From: Neophaeotheca triangularis
Lineage: Eukaryota
Assembly (NCBI GenBank): GCA_054600435.1
Contig: BAAIJX010000062.1
Coordinates: 62,001 to 120,769 of the forward strand
Reading direction: 5' to 3'
DNA: 58,769 bases
Notes under the pieces: generated by a model
Database searches by the model: none
The model's input: the letters and a program-made list of their open reading frames with translations, nothing else
What the model was told of the DNA's origin: nothing
In this document: positions 48,391 through 58,769 of the stretch, in pieces
Layout of the letters: each line of letters begins with the position of its first letter
Numbering within the stretch: position 1 is the stretch's first letter
Translations under genes and position numbers: made by a program

Positions 48391-49682
48391 CTACGCAGAA
48401 GGGTTCCAATACGGCCTCGGCCAAACCTCCTCCCCAAGCACCGGCCAAAAAGCCACCCTAACCCCCACCTCAACCAACATCAACTTCCCATAAAACCACA
48501 ACACCCGCCTATACTCCCTCCCATCGACACCAGCCCAAGCCTCCCTAAGTCCCAACGCGCCACGCTCCGGCGCCAAAATCCCCTGTCGGCCCCGGGGTGG
48601 CACGTAACCCCCGCCGGGGGCACTGGACGAGTTGCCAGAGCCGGCCCCGAAACTCCGGTCGAGCGGGACAATCGCGTCTTCGTCTTCCGGCAGCAGGGAA
48701 GCTTGCACGCGTGTTAGGATGATACCGGCCGGCACTAGCAGCAGCAAACGCGAGCTTTGGGCGCAGAGCCAGATGGCGGCGTGCGCGGCCATGGCGGGGT
48801 CGAGGGCGTTAAGTTTCGCGGGCGATGCGAGGGCGAAGTATTCATGTAGCAGGCGTGGGACGTTGAAGGTCAGGTAGCTGGCGAAAAAGTGCAGGACTAG
48901 GGGTCGCCAAGTTGCGAGGAGCGTTGGGAGGAAGGGCGGCAGTCGACGGTACCAGACGCGGTAGCTGGGGGCGGAGAGGATGATGTGGGTTTGGGCAGTG
49001 CTCCAGTGGGTTAGCAGGAGGATGGGTAGAAGAGTGTAGAAGTTCATGAAGAAGTCGAGGTAGGGGTGTGGCTCTTTGGGGGCGGAGGGGTCGGGGTGCG
49101 CGGCGTCGTTGGGGAGCAGGGGATAGAGGGGGATATGGAGTAGGCCGGTTGCGAGGGTTGTGAAGATGGTGGCCGCGGCGCCGCGGAAGAGGGATGAGAG
49201 GCCGGCTTGGTTGAGGAGGTGGCGGAGGGTTTTGCGCAGGCTGGAGGTTGTCGGGTATGTGTAGGCGGGGTTGGTGGGGGGGATAGAGAGGACCTCGTCG
49301 TCGTCGCGTTTTTCTTGGCTGCGGAGGGTGGGTTCGGGGGCTTCGCTGATGGCTAGGGTGGCGGTGACATCCCAGAGAGTGTAGGAGAGCTTGGAGTGGT
49401 TAGGTTGCGGAGAAGGGGGTGCTAGGTTTGCATTGCGGTTGCACTCACTCCCGTTGTAATAATTACGAAGGCAACCCACGCGAAGAAGGTGAACATGCTA
49501 CTCCAAGGTGGGAGATTCTGGAGTTTAGCCCATTGCTGGAAACGCTGTTGCAGTGCTTCCTCATCGTCCCAGGGGATCGTGTTGTTGCGGGACGCAGGGG
49601 AGACTGTCCAGTTCATCGGCTTGGTGTCGTTGACGAAGAACGTTTCGCCGACGGCGGCAGGAGAAGCGGTTATTGTGTCCAT
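48391..49682 (-). CDS. Multi-pass membrane protein of an uncharacterised fungal family; 2 exons
   Basis: ORFs 49682-49449 and 49389-48391 join in frame across intron 49390-49448 (GTGAGT..CTAAC..AAG); several hydrophobic segments; LTRVQASLLP..IVPLDRSF motif. Confidence 0.75.
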
Positions 49683-50573
49683 GCTGCTAGAGAAGTGCGG
49701 ATCGGGAATTGAGAGGTAGTAAAGGAAGTAAAACGGCCACGAACGAAGACCTACCTGGATTCTTATTCGAGGCTATGTAGCACATACCACTCTTGGACAC
49801 AGCCTTGTAGCGACGTCAAGTGCAGGAGGGATTAGCGGTAGGGCCTACAAGGCATAGTAGACTAGAGGTAGACCGGCAACTATACCAACAATCCGGTAAC
49901 GCTCTACCTACCTGTACTACCATGTTCGTATTGGCATCGAAGCTTGTGAGGTGTTAAGAAGCATATGTCCAGTGACTGATAGCACAAGATCCTCGGAGAA
50001 TATTACGCTAGGACTTCGCCGACGTGGCGCAGCTGCTAAACGGCACCATCAGCCGATTCATCTCACAAATGACACGGGTGAAGACAACTTCCCAGAGTTC
50101 TGAATTGGCACACGTGACGAGAGAAGGCTTTGGCAGGATCAGCTTACTTCCTACTACTAAACTACTAGTCCTACCTTGGCTGTTGTTGGCCCCATACCAT
50201 CAGCCTACGGCAACGATAATAATGACGAATTTGAAAGCCCATCGAGCAGAGACTGGTCCACACACCCTTCGCTACTTGATGCCTTACATACTCATCATAT
50301 GAGCCAGCGGCGATGGACACTGTTGATCAAGAAGGAGCCTTGCTGGCTCGATATGCGATGTCCTTCTAAAGCCGAATTGTCAAACGACTGTCCAGCGCCG
50401 GTAAATTCAGATAACGGTGACACGCTTCCATTCGGATGCTGCGTGGGTAACCGAATCATTTCGACATCTGGCGTTAATCGTTACAGCGTGGAACGCACTG
50501 TTGCAATACGGCACCGCTTTAACTACAATAGCAATACAAGCACCCAAGCCCCTCGAAGCCCGCACAGTGCCAA

Positions 50574-53192
50574 TCAGACTTTTTCAGGACCATCATGCTC
50601 GTCGAGACTACCCTCGGAGCCATTACCACCGCCGCCCGTAGCCGAATCATCGGAATCGCTTATTTCTGCTGAACGTAGACCCGACAAAGCTTCAGCAAGG
50701 TCAGAACGGACAGACGATCTCGCGGAATAGTAGACGCCGGACTCCAAGGCGCTTTCCAGCGAGGCTGCCGCTGACGTCTTGGCCTGGACAATGGTGATCA
50801 GCTCTTCGAAAGCCATTGCGAGTTTGTCGGAGTAGTCCCGTCGACCTTTCAGAACCCTACTGGTCGCAGCAAGGCTCTCTGGTCTCAAATCGTAGGACAC
50901 TTTCAGGGGGTTGGACGAGGCGAGTATCGACATCGTCTCGTAATCGGCGTACTCTGCAATGATCGGTAAGAGTTGAGGTCCTATAGCTTTGTGGTCAGAA
51001 TGCAAAGCTTGTCAGTCGACTCAGGTAGACAGATACCTCGCAGCCGCGCCGCTGCTACAATGTACTCGTAGCATTTCTCTATGAAAATCTTCAGGACCTC
51101 GTGGTTGTTGTGCATAATGGCCGTGGTCAGGGGAGTCCTCCCGTTATTGGACATGGCATTCAGGTCAGCCCCGTATTCCAGCAAGACGAGAGCACACTCG
51201 GCATTCTGTGATTGGGCGACCGAGTCCAACGCAGTAAAGCCTTCAGGGTTGCGGGAGTTGGGCTCGGCGTCAAAATCTAGAAGCAGTTTCAGCATTGCCG
51301 ATATGCCCGATCTTCCAGCGGCAGTCAAGGGACTGCTTCTGAAGGTTCCTCTGCTAGGGACCGGATTGGGGTTTCCGCCAGCTTCCAACACGAGACGCAA
51401 GCATGGAATGCTGTAACTATCGACTGCGTGTAACACCGTGGTTCTGCCTGTGATATCCGTAGAATTGGGGTCTGCGCCCTTGGACGTGAGCAATGCGACG
51501 TCTTCCAGCTGGGCTCGTGCCACCGCCCAATCAAGCGCTGTGCGTCCTTGAGCATCGGTAAGATACACTGCGTGAGGGTTCTCTTCGAGTTCAGTGGCCA
51601 ACTTCTTGGATGACAATCCGAAAATGATTCGATGAATCAATGGGAAATTTTGATCTTCTACCCAGTCGCCCTCGCCGTGTTCAGTGATGCAGCGGAGTTC
51701 GTACGCCGATTTCTCACTACACTTCCCACGGAAGAGGAAATCCCATACGTGATCGTAGGAGCTGTATCATTAGTGAGCATGCCATCCACCCTACGAAAAT
51801 TACTGGAGAAACCCAAACGGAAAGAGCGCACGGAGAGGACATGGGTAGAGCTGCCTGTAATTGACTTACTCGTTGTCAATGAAAGCGCCTTGCGATATCA
51901 AAAATTGAACCGTTTCGTACCGGTGCATCCCGCCGTAGAGCGCCCACTAGAAAGTCCGGTCAGCGCAAGTTGACGGAGGGCTGTCGATGCACTGACTCTG
52001 ACTAAGTTATAGCCACGGGAATCGCTGACGTCTCTTGGCGACCCGCGGCCTTTGTCGAAGAGATAACGCAACCCGTCTATGTTGCCTTGCAACGCATACG
52101 CAATCGTCTGCGAATTGTCTGGTACCCGTCTGATGGTCGACAGTTGCAGTTGTGGGCCGGAGCTGGGTAAGCATTTGACCTGCATCCTAATGTTCATAGA
52201 AACGAACCACCAGGGGAACCAGTAGTCCATGGTAGCTGTGAGATCCTGCCGATCCTTACAACCTCTGAAGTCGCACGGCTTATTGAGAACCGGAAACCCG
52301 GTATAGCCAATGAATAACTTGCCAACGAGACTCTCCATGACCCCCGGTAAAGACATATTTGCCTGTCGTCTCACGTGACATGCACAAGGGCACCAATTCC
52401 GGCATGGGGTGCGCTGCGAGATTCGAACTCGCACCGCTGGAGTGGGCGGCTCATCATGGCCTGAGCCGCCGAACTGCGAGTTCTCGGCTGGCTCTTGGCT
52501 GCTCGCACTGGATTTAAGCACCAATTGGCCTAGAGCGTCAAGTCGGCTGTTCAAGTTGTGATACTGCTGGTCCAGACGAGCATGTATCTCGTTTTGTTGA
52601 TCAGCAAGGGTCTGAGTAAGCGACAGGGCCTGGCTATTTTGATTTTGACCTGCCGTCGAAGCCATGACAGAGACCTGACGAAGCTCGAGAATGATGTGCT
52701 GTATGTCGCATCTAAAGGCAGCGCGAGTTCAGCAGCAGCTCCGGGTCACATTACAAGCGCAACTTACGAATTGTTGACACCCAGCACCACGTTGAGATTG
52801 CTCTTGACCGCCTTGATATCCTCTTCGAAGCTTTGCACAAGCTCTTTGGCTCGGTACCAAATGGTGCTCTTCGCCAGTGTTCTCACTCTGCTTTGAGAGC
52901 ATGCCTTCGCCAGACGTTCAAGCGCCTTGGCGAGCTCTTCGAGAAGGCTTTTGGTTCGGCTTATGATTTGCTTGAGGGAAGTTTGCTCGGATTGCGAGGT
53001 CAGGCGTGTTTGCTGCAGCATGTGGCCGACGTGCCGAAGCACCACCTCCAGGTCGGTCACCTCGTTCTTCAAGCGGTACACCCGGGTGGGCATCTCGCCG
53101 AACTCACGGAGTCGGAAGATGGCCCTGGCTATTTGTCCTGCCGCGGCCGCAATGGTGAGTACGCCCGTGGCTGTCGAAAGTGGGTCACCCAT
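50574..53192 (-). CDS. Fungal N-terminal helical (HeLo-like) domain + Cys-rich segment + ankyrin repeats; ~5 exons
   Basis: MGDPLS..GVLTIAAAAGQI N-terminus; CRNWCPCACH and CDFRGC; ankyrin repeats GRTALDWA, GRTTVLHA, SPLTAA, GFTALDSV, GRTPLTTA; GT-AG introns near 52714-52767, 51948-51995, 51762-51868, 50981-51035. Confidence 0.8.
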
Positions 53193-53626
53193 GGGCTCGA
53201 AAGGCACTCTCCCTGGGCCTAGTAGTGTTATTTGCGATATTTCAACAAGTAGCTAGCGACTGAGGTGGGTGACGCTGAGTGGTAAGCCGTGCTAGTAGTC
53301 ATAGCAAAGTCTGAGTTGCAATCTATGGCCACGAGGCTGTGTAACCACACTACATTGCGATACTTACTTGTTTGTCGCGAACCTGCAATATTGTTAATGC
53401 GAGGCGAGGAAATACTTCGTATCTGCCTCCTACGTGTGTTATGAGTGGCTCGCCAAAGCCAAAGGACACATATTGCTGCAGCAGAGCTCACGCCACAGTG
53501 CAGCTTATAGCCCAAAGCAGTATGGCCTCGCTCTATGTGTCTTGCGATGTGTGTTTTGCCCTCTATGTTCCTGAGCTTCGTCAAGACCAGCCTTCTTTCT
53601 CTGAGTTTAAGCAAAAACCGCGCAAG

Positions 53627-54570
53627 ATGTCAGATGTCGACCGCAAGACACCGCGGGTTTTCATTGTTCGCCACGGTAAGACCGCACATGCTTTCTCACT
53701 ACAGCAAAACACTAGGTAGCTGAAACATTTCAGGCGAGACAGAATGGTCTAAAAGCGGTCGCTACACCGGAGCCACAGACTTGGATCTCACGGCGGAGGG
53801 TTCGCAGCAGGTGGCGAGGACGGCAAAGCAGCTGGTGGGCAGGGGCAAGCTAGTCGATCCGGCGAGCATCGAACATACCTGGATCAGTCCACGCAAGCGA
53901 GCGATGCAGACCTTTGAGCAATTGTTCGGGCGCTGTGTAGAATCAGAGAATGCTGCCAAGTTCACACTGACGGAGGATTTCGCTGAATGGGACTATGGGG
54001 ATTATGAGGGGTTGAAAGTCGGCGAGATACGGGCCTCCAGGAAAGAACGCGGTTTGGACCAAGAAAAAGAGTGGAACATCTGGCAGGATGGATGCGAAGG
54101 CGGCGAGTATGTATCCTCAATGTGGAGGGGATTTTTAGAGGTCGTCTGCTGATTTGCTTTCTAGATCCATGTGGCAAGTCACCCAACGACTCGACAAAGT
54201 AATAAAGGAGATCCGTACCATTCACGAAGCATGTATGAGCGGCGCAACGTCCCGTGATAGTGTGGGAGATGTGGTAATTGTACGACATCGATGAACCTCT
54301 TCTTGCCATGTGGTCGGTAAAGTTAACACGTCCAAAAGGTCGCCCACGGTCTGATCCTGCGTGCTTTCGCGAAAATGTGGCTCGGCTCTCCGGTAGACGC
54401 GCCTCTCGAGATGATCCTGCCGCCAGGAGCTATGGGAATCTTGAGGTATGTGCTACCCTTGAGTCACCGGACGTGGAACTTTTAGGAGGCGGAAGCTGAT
54501 GCGCGGGAAAAGTTACAAAAACAGCAGCATTGACCAACCGTGCTTTTACCTTGGTATTGCCCTTCCGTGA
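53627..54570 (+). CDS. Histidine phosphatase / phosphoglycerate mutase family protein (Shb17-like); 5 exons
   Basis: VFIVRHG|ETEWS RHG motif, SPRKRA, EWDYGDYEG, VAHG; four short introns. Confidence 0.88.
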
Positions 54571-54840
54571 GTATTTCCATTCGATGTGGACTATTCTGCG
54601 TTCAGCCCCAAGGGTCGGACACCGCGGATGTTGGACTCGGAGGGGTTTTTGGTCGAAAAAGACACTTGACGTACTCACTGCTGCCCTCCAGGCTTCCAGT
54701 ACTTTCGTCTGGACAAACTCGCGTGGCAGGTAGGTGGATCGTCTTTGTAGTGCAATCTGCCGTTCATTACACAAATACAGTCGTTAGAGTACAATGATAT
54801 TTGCTATCGCAAAAGCTCGCCTTCAATCTACCTCAAGCAC

Positions 54841-56569
54841 TTAATGCTGCGACCACTCGATGGTGTTCAAGTCAACACCCTCTTGCACAAGCTCCCAAAG
54901 CGGGCTCAGCTCCCTCAGGAAGGTGACACGCTCCGTGACAGCCTTGAGTACGTAATCAATCTCATCGTCAGTGGTAAAGCGTCCGATACCGAAACGAATA
55001 GAGCTGTGAGCGCTCTCGTCACTGTTACCAAGAGCACGGAGAACGTAGGATGGTTCGAGAGAGGCGGAGGTGCAGGCGGAGCCGGAAGAGAGGGCAATAT
55101 CCTTGAGAGCCATGAGGAGAGACTCGCCCTCAACGTAGGCGAAGGAGACGTTGACGCAGCCGGGGTAGTGACGGTCCGGGTCTCCGTTGAGAGAGGTGTG
55201 TTCCATGGCGAGAAGACCTTGCTTCAGGCGGTCTGAGAGGGTGCGGATGCGGAGGGTGTCGTACTGATACACATTGTTAGCGGGTGCCATGTGTTCAAAG
55301 TATTGGATGAATGCTTTTAAGTGGTGGCGAAGAAGTCATAGAAGGTGCTGTGTCTCAGCAGGGGGCTTGCACCGGTCAAGGCGCTCTCAGAAAGCCATGC
55401 ATGTTTGAGCGTATAATCATTCGAGGTAATAAGTGTGCAGGGGAAGGGGGGATACTCACGGCCATCTCCTCGTTGCAAATTCTCGCAGCCTCTCCAAACC
55501 CGATCACCAAAGGCGGCGCGATGGTACCTGACCTCAGGCCTCTTTCTTGGCCACCACCCGAGATGATGGGCTCAAGTCTAACGCGAGGCCGTCTCCTGAC
55601 GTAACAGGCTCCAATGCCATTCGGCCCGTAAATCTTGTGTCCAGAGATGGACATGAGGTCACAGTTCATCTTGTTGACGTCGAGGGGAATCTTGCCAACA
55701 GCCTGCGCCGCGTCGGAGTGGAAGAAAACCTTCTTACTCCTGCAAATCCTGCCAATGTCCTCCACGGGTTGCACAACACCAATCTCGTTGTTGACAGTCA
55801 TGATGCTGACGAGTGCCGTCTCTGGCCTGATAGCCTTCTCCAGTTGCTCCAGGTCGACGAGCCCGTTGTTCTGCACGGGCAGATATGTGACCTCGAAACC
55901 GTCATCTTGCAAATGTCTGCAGCTGTCCAGCACGCATTTGTGCTCCGTCTGGCATGTAATGATGTGGTTCTTCTTGCCAGATCGCTTGAAAAAGCGTGCT
56001 ACACCCTTGATGCTCATGTTGTTGCTCTCAGTCGCGCCGCTAGTGAAGATGATTTCTTTCGGGTCTGCGCCAATGAGGTCCGCAATGTGTTTTCTTGACT
56101 GCTCCACGGCTTTCTCCGTCTCCCATCCATAAGCATGTGTTCTACTGTGCGGATTACCGTACATTCCAGTCAGAAATGGCAGCATCGCGTCAAGTACCCT
56201 TGGATCTGTCGGTGTCGTGGCTTGCGCATCGAGATATATGGGCCTTGTGCCTTGATCCATGACTGATGCTTGCTTGAGTATACCAGCCGCAGGGCTCATC
56301 ATGGCGTCTGCCGACATGCCGGTGGTGGGCATCTCTGCGTTCTCTGGCTTAGTTCCAGTCTGGTTCAGGAAAGCCTTTTGATCCTTCTTAATCGTCGACT
56401 CGACGTCCACGGTCGCATTTTTCGGTGCAGACTCTGACACATAGTGCCTGCGAGGGTGATGAGCGACGATGCATGCTCGTGGCAGCTGCGTGGCGAATGA
56501 GCCAGATGATAGCCTGCGGCTGCACTGTCGCAGCGCCTGGCGTGCGGTCGATGGTACTATATGTGACAT
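54841..56569 (-). CDS. NFS1: Mitochondrial cysteine desulfurase; 2 exons
   Basis: Arg/Ser-rich presequence; [28 protein letters not shown] (PLP lysine), SSGSACTS (catalytic Cys); intron 55264-55459. Confidence 0.97.
55351..55425 (-). ncRNA. Intronic box C/D snoRNA candidate, predicted guide for the 18S rRNA 5' region
   Basis: Box C ATGATTA (55420-55414), box D' CTGA (55390-55387), box D CTGA (55358-55355); 13-nt ACATGCATGGCTT antisense to conserved 18S AAGCCAUGCAUGU just upstream of D'. Confidence 0.7.
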
Positions 56570-58395
56570 GATGTGGTTTGTGATGTTGGATGGTTAGTGT
56601 CCGAGAGTCAAGAGGTGTAGGAGGCGAACCCAAAGAGCAACCTGGAACTACCTTAGGTGGTCGGGAGGCGAAGAATAAGCTGCTGACTAAAGCCGAAGCC
56701 CCACCTTTCCACAGAGTCCGTGACCACAGCGCCTTGGCAGAACATCTCTCACCTTCGTCAAGTTGCATTTCGCTAATCTCCTCCTTTTGTCTTCTCCTCT
56801 TGATCTAATTACTAACCCTGTCGATTTAGCAGAGGTTTGCTGGGTATCGAAGCGACCATACAGCAAGTCCAGGACGCTTGCTTTAGAGCACCGCTTACCG
56901 ATTGATTCTATTCTATATTGTGAGAAACAGCGGGCATTGAACACCACTTCGCTCTAATTGACACCAGATTGTGGACGTCTTCATGTGCCTGTAGTGGTTT
57001 AGCAGTCTGGACGTGACACCATTCAGTCTCCGGGCGGGCCTCGATGCCTTCTAGCGGCGTCATGGATGCCCTTGGCTGGAGGCTGACATGGCGGTGGCAA
57101 TGGCGATGGCGAGGTCTTGTAACAGTCTGCAAGTTCCTCATCGCAATGGGAATGCCCATCATTAGCTATAGCCCGGACACGACATTGAGACTCGACTCGC
57201 CCGGGCATTGTCGCTGCACGACTGGATCAATCCATGTATATGGCATTTCTCATCGCCGCAGACGTCCATCTTTTCAATTGCGATGCAAGACCCTTGCGTA
57301 CCTCTGCATGTATTCAGCGTTCTTAGCGACGATCTTCATCGAAGTCATGTCTGGCATATCGGGCAACAGAAACATACTCATCAGTCGCGAGGTTCTCTTG
57401 TTCCGTTTGCGCGAGCAGTAACTACCTAGGCACTACGTGACGACCGAAGAGCATCCGCTCGCTAGCATGGTCTCAACGCACCGGATCGCGTGAAAGTTTG
57501 AAAAGTGTCGATCTGAAAGCGTGCTCAGTGCTCACGAAACTTCCCAAGATCTCGGGTCGGTTTCTCGAAGCAACCTTGTGTTAAGGTTGTGCTTGACAGC
57601 CTGACATGTGAGCTTCTCCCTCGATATTCCGTTCTTTCATCAACGTCGCTCTTCTGATTCGTCGTGTATCCACTTCAAACCTACCTAGATACGCAGATCG
57701 GTACAAGTCTGGGCGAAATTCTGTAATCCCCAAACTTTCTTGCCCCTTGCCGTGGGTCGTCACTCGAGAGACTTGACTAAATGGATATCAGATCGTCGAC
57801 AGCGCTACCGCAGATGTGGAGTTCGAGCGACAAACGCATACGCCGCGAACCCCTCTCCGGCAAGGTCATGTGCCATGATCACCACGGATATGATCTAAAG
57901 GTGGAATCGAAGGCCCAACGCTTGACTAGTCTCAGGAAAGTGGTGCTACAGAGCACAAGCATTCTTCAGAATGAGGTAGATCGCGCCATCGTAGCCCTTC
58001 TTCCGCCGGGATGTGCAGTAGCATTGAGCCGCTGTCACGCTGTCTCAGCGTGTCAGACGCCAAAGGCTGGCCATGAGCAGAACTCTATTCGACATCAGAC
58101 TGTCACCGGTCGACAGCCGCGATCGACGAGTCTCTCACAAGTAGATTTCCGGATGTCCATTGCATGCCCATCAAACAGCGATAGATCTTTCGCCCAGTTA
58201 GAACCCGATGCGGCATGGTAGTACCGAGGTAACTCACCATTTGATCACCAGGACAGACCTGGTCTCAAGGCATTCTCTCCCATTGTGAGATGGTATAAAG
58301 AGGACTGGACTACGCCCTCAAATCCCAGAAACAAACCGCAGCGCTCAAACATTCTCTCAGCCAACCGACACCAACACACCCACTAATCCTCCAAA

Positions 58396-58769
58396 ATGTC
58401 CCTCAAGTCGTTCGTTCTCGCATCGGTGCTGGCCATGTCGGCCTTCGCCGCTCCTCTCGAGAAGAAGCAAGCAGAGTGCTCCAGCTACAGTAAGGATTAT
58501 CATCCAACCGCCCCGTGTGATGCAGGAAAGCAACGCGGCAGTCTAACAACGACCCTAGCCATCATCAACACTCGCGGCACAGGAGAGCGCCAGGGCCCCT
58601 CATCTGGTTTCCTGACCATGAACAGAAACATCCAATCCCAGGTGCCCGGCGGCTCCGTCTACAACACTGTCTACCCAGCAGGCTTCAACCAAGACTCCAC
58701 AGCGGGCACAAGAGACGTACGTCCTCCAAAACCCCGAAAGAACCAAAAGCACCAAATGAAATCCCCCCC
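58396..58769 (+). CDS. Secreted cutinase/acetylxylan esterase-family (CE5-like) protein, partial
   Basis: TATAAA at ~58294; signal peptide MSLKSFVLASVLAMSAFA; C..Y|TIINTRGTGE.QG and VYPA motifs; intron 58490-58558, second intron from 58717; truncated by the window. Confidence 0.8.
   Translation, partial: MSLKSFVLASVLAMSAFAAPLEKKQAECSSYSKDYHPTAPCDAGKQRGSLTTTLAIINTRGTGERQGPSSGFLTMNRNIQSQVPGGSVYNTVYPAGFNQDSTAGTRDVRPPKPRKNQKHQMKSP

Noticed and set aside
56812..56819. CTAACCCT (and ACCCTAACC at 11041-11049) as a telomerase template
   Set aside because: Matches of 8-9 nt are expected by chance in this much intergenic DNA, and I saw no supporting pseudoknot or CR4/5-like element

Overview
Eukaryotic, intron-containing DNA from a filamentous ascomycete (Pezizomycotina-like: short GT..CTRAC..YAG introns, CT-rich promoters, typical gene families). 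About 22 protein-coding genes, mostly housekeeping or secreted: DUF676 lipase, HAD hydrolase, GH72 glucanosyltransferase, BUD32, RPL22, a signal-peptide-bearing pyrophosphatase, VPS23, GH67 alpha-glucuronidase, PSD2, a DUF1996-WSC protein, an SDR, a C2H2 factor, a hybrid histidine kinase, GRH1, a HeLo-like/ankyrin protein, a histidine phosphatase, NFS1 and a partial cutinase-family gene. No CRISPR array, tRNA, rRNA or intact transposon was recognised. The most interesting signals are non-coding. (i) A ~1.7 kb gene-free interval (31.35-33.05 kb) with many nested long-range helices, UUCG hairpins, paired ends, a box C/D-like motif and a pair of mutually exclusive helices, a candidate large structured RNA. 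(ii) A box C/D snoRNA candidate in the NFS1 intron with a 13-nt antisense element to the 18S rRNA 5' region. (iii) A hairpin next to the RPL22 intron 1 donor, possibly autoregulatory. Exon boundaries and base pairings were read by eye and family calls are from motif recognition; no searches or folding programs were run.
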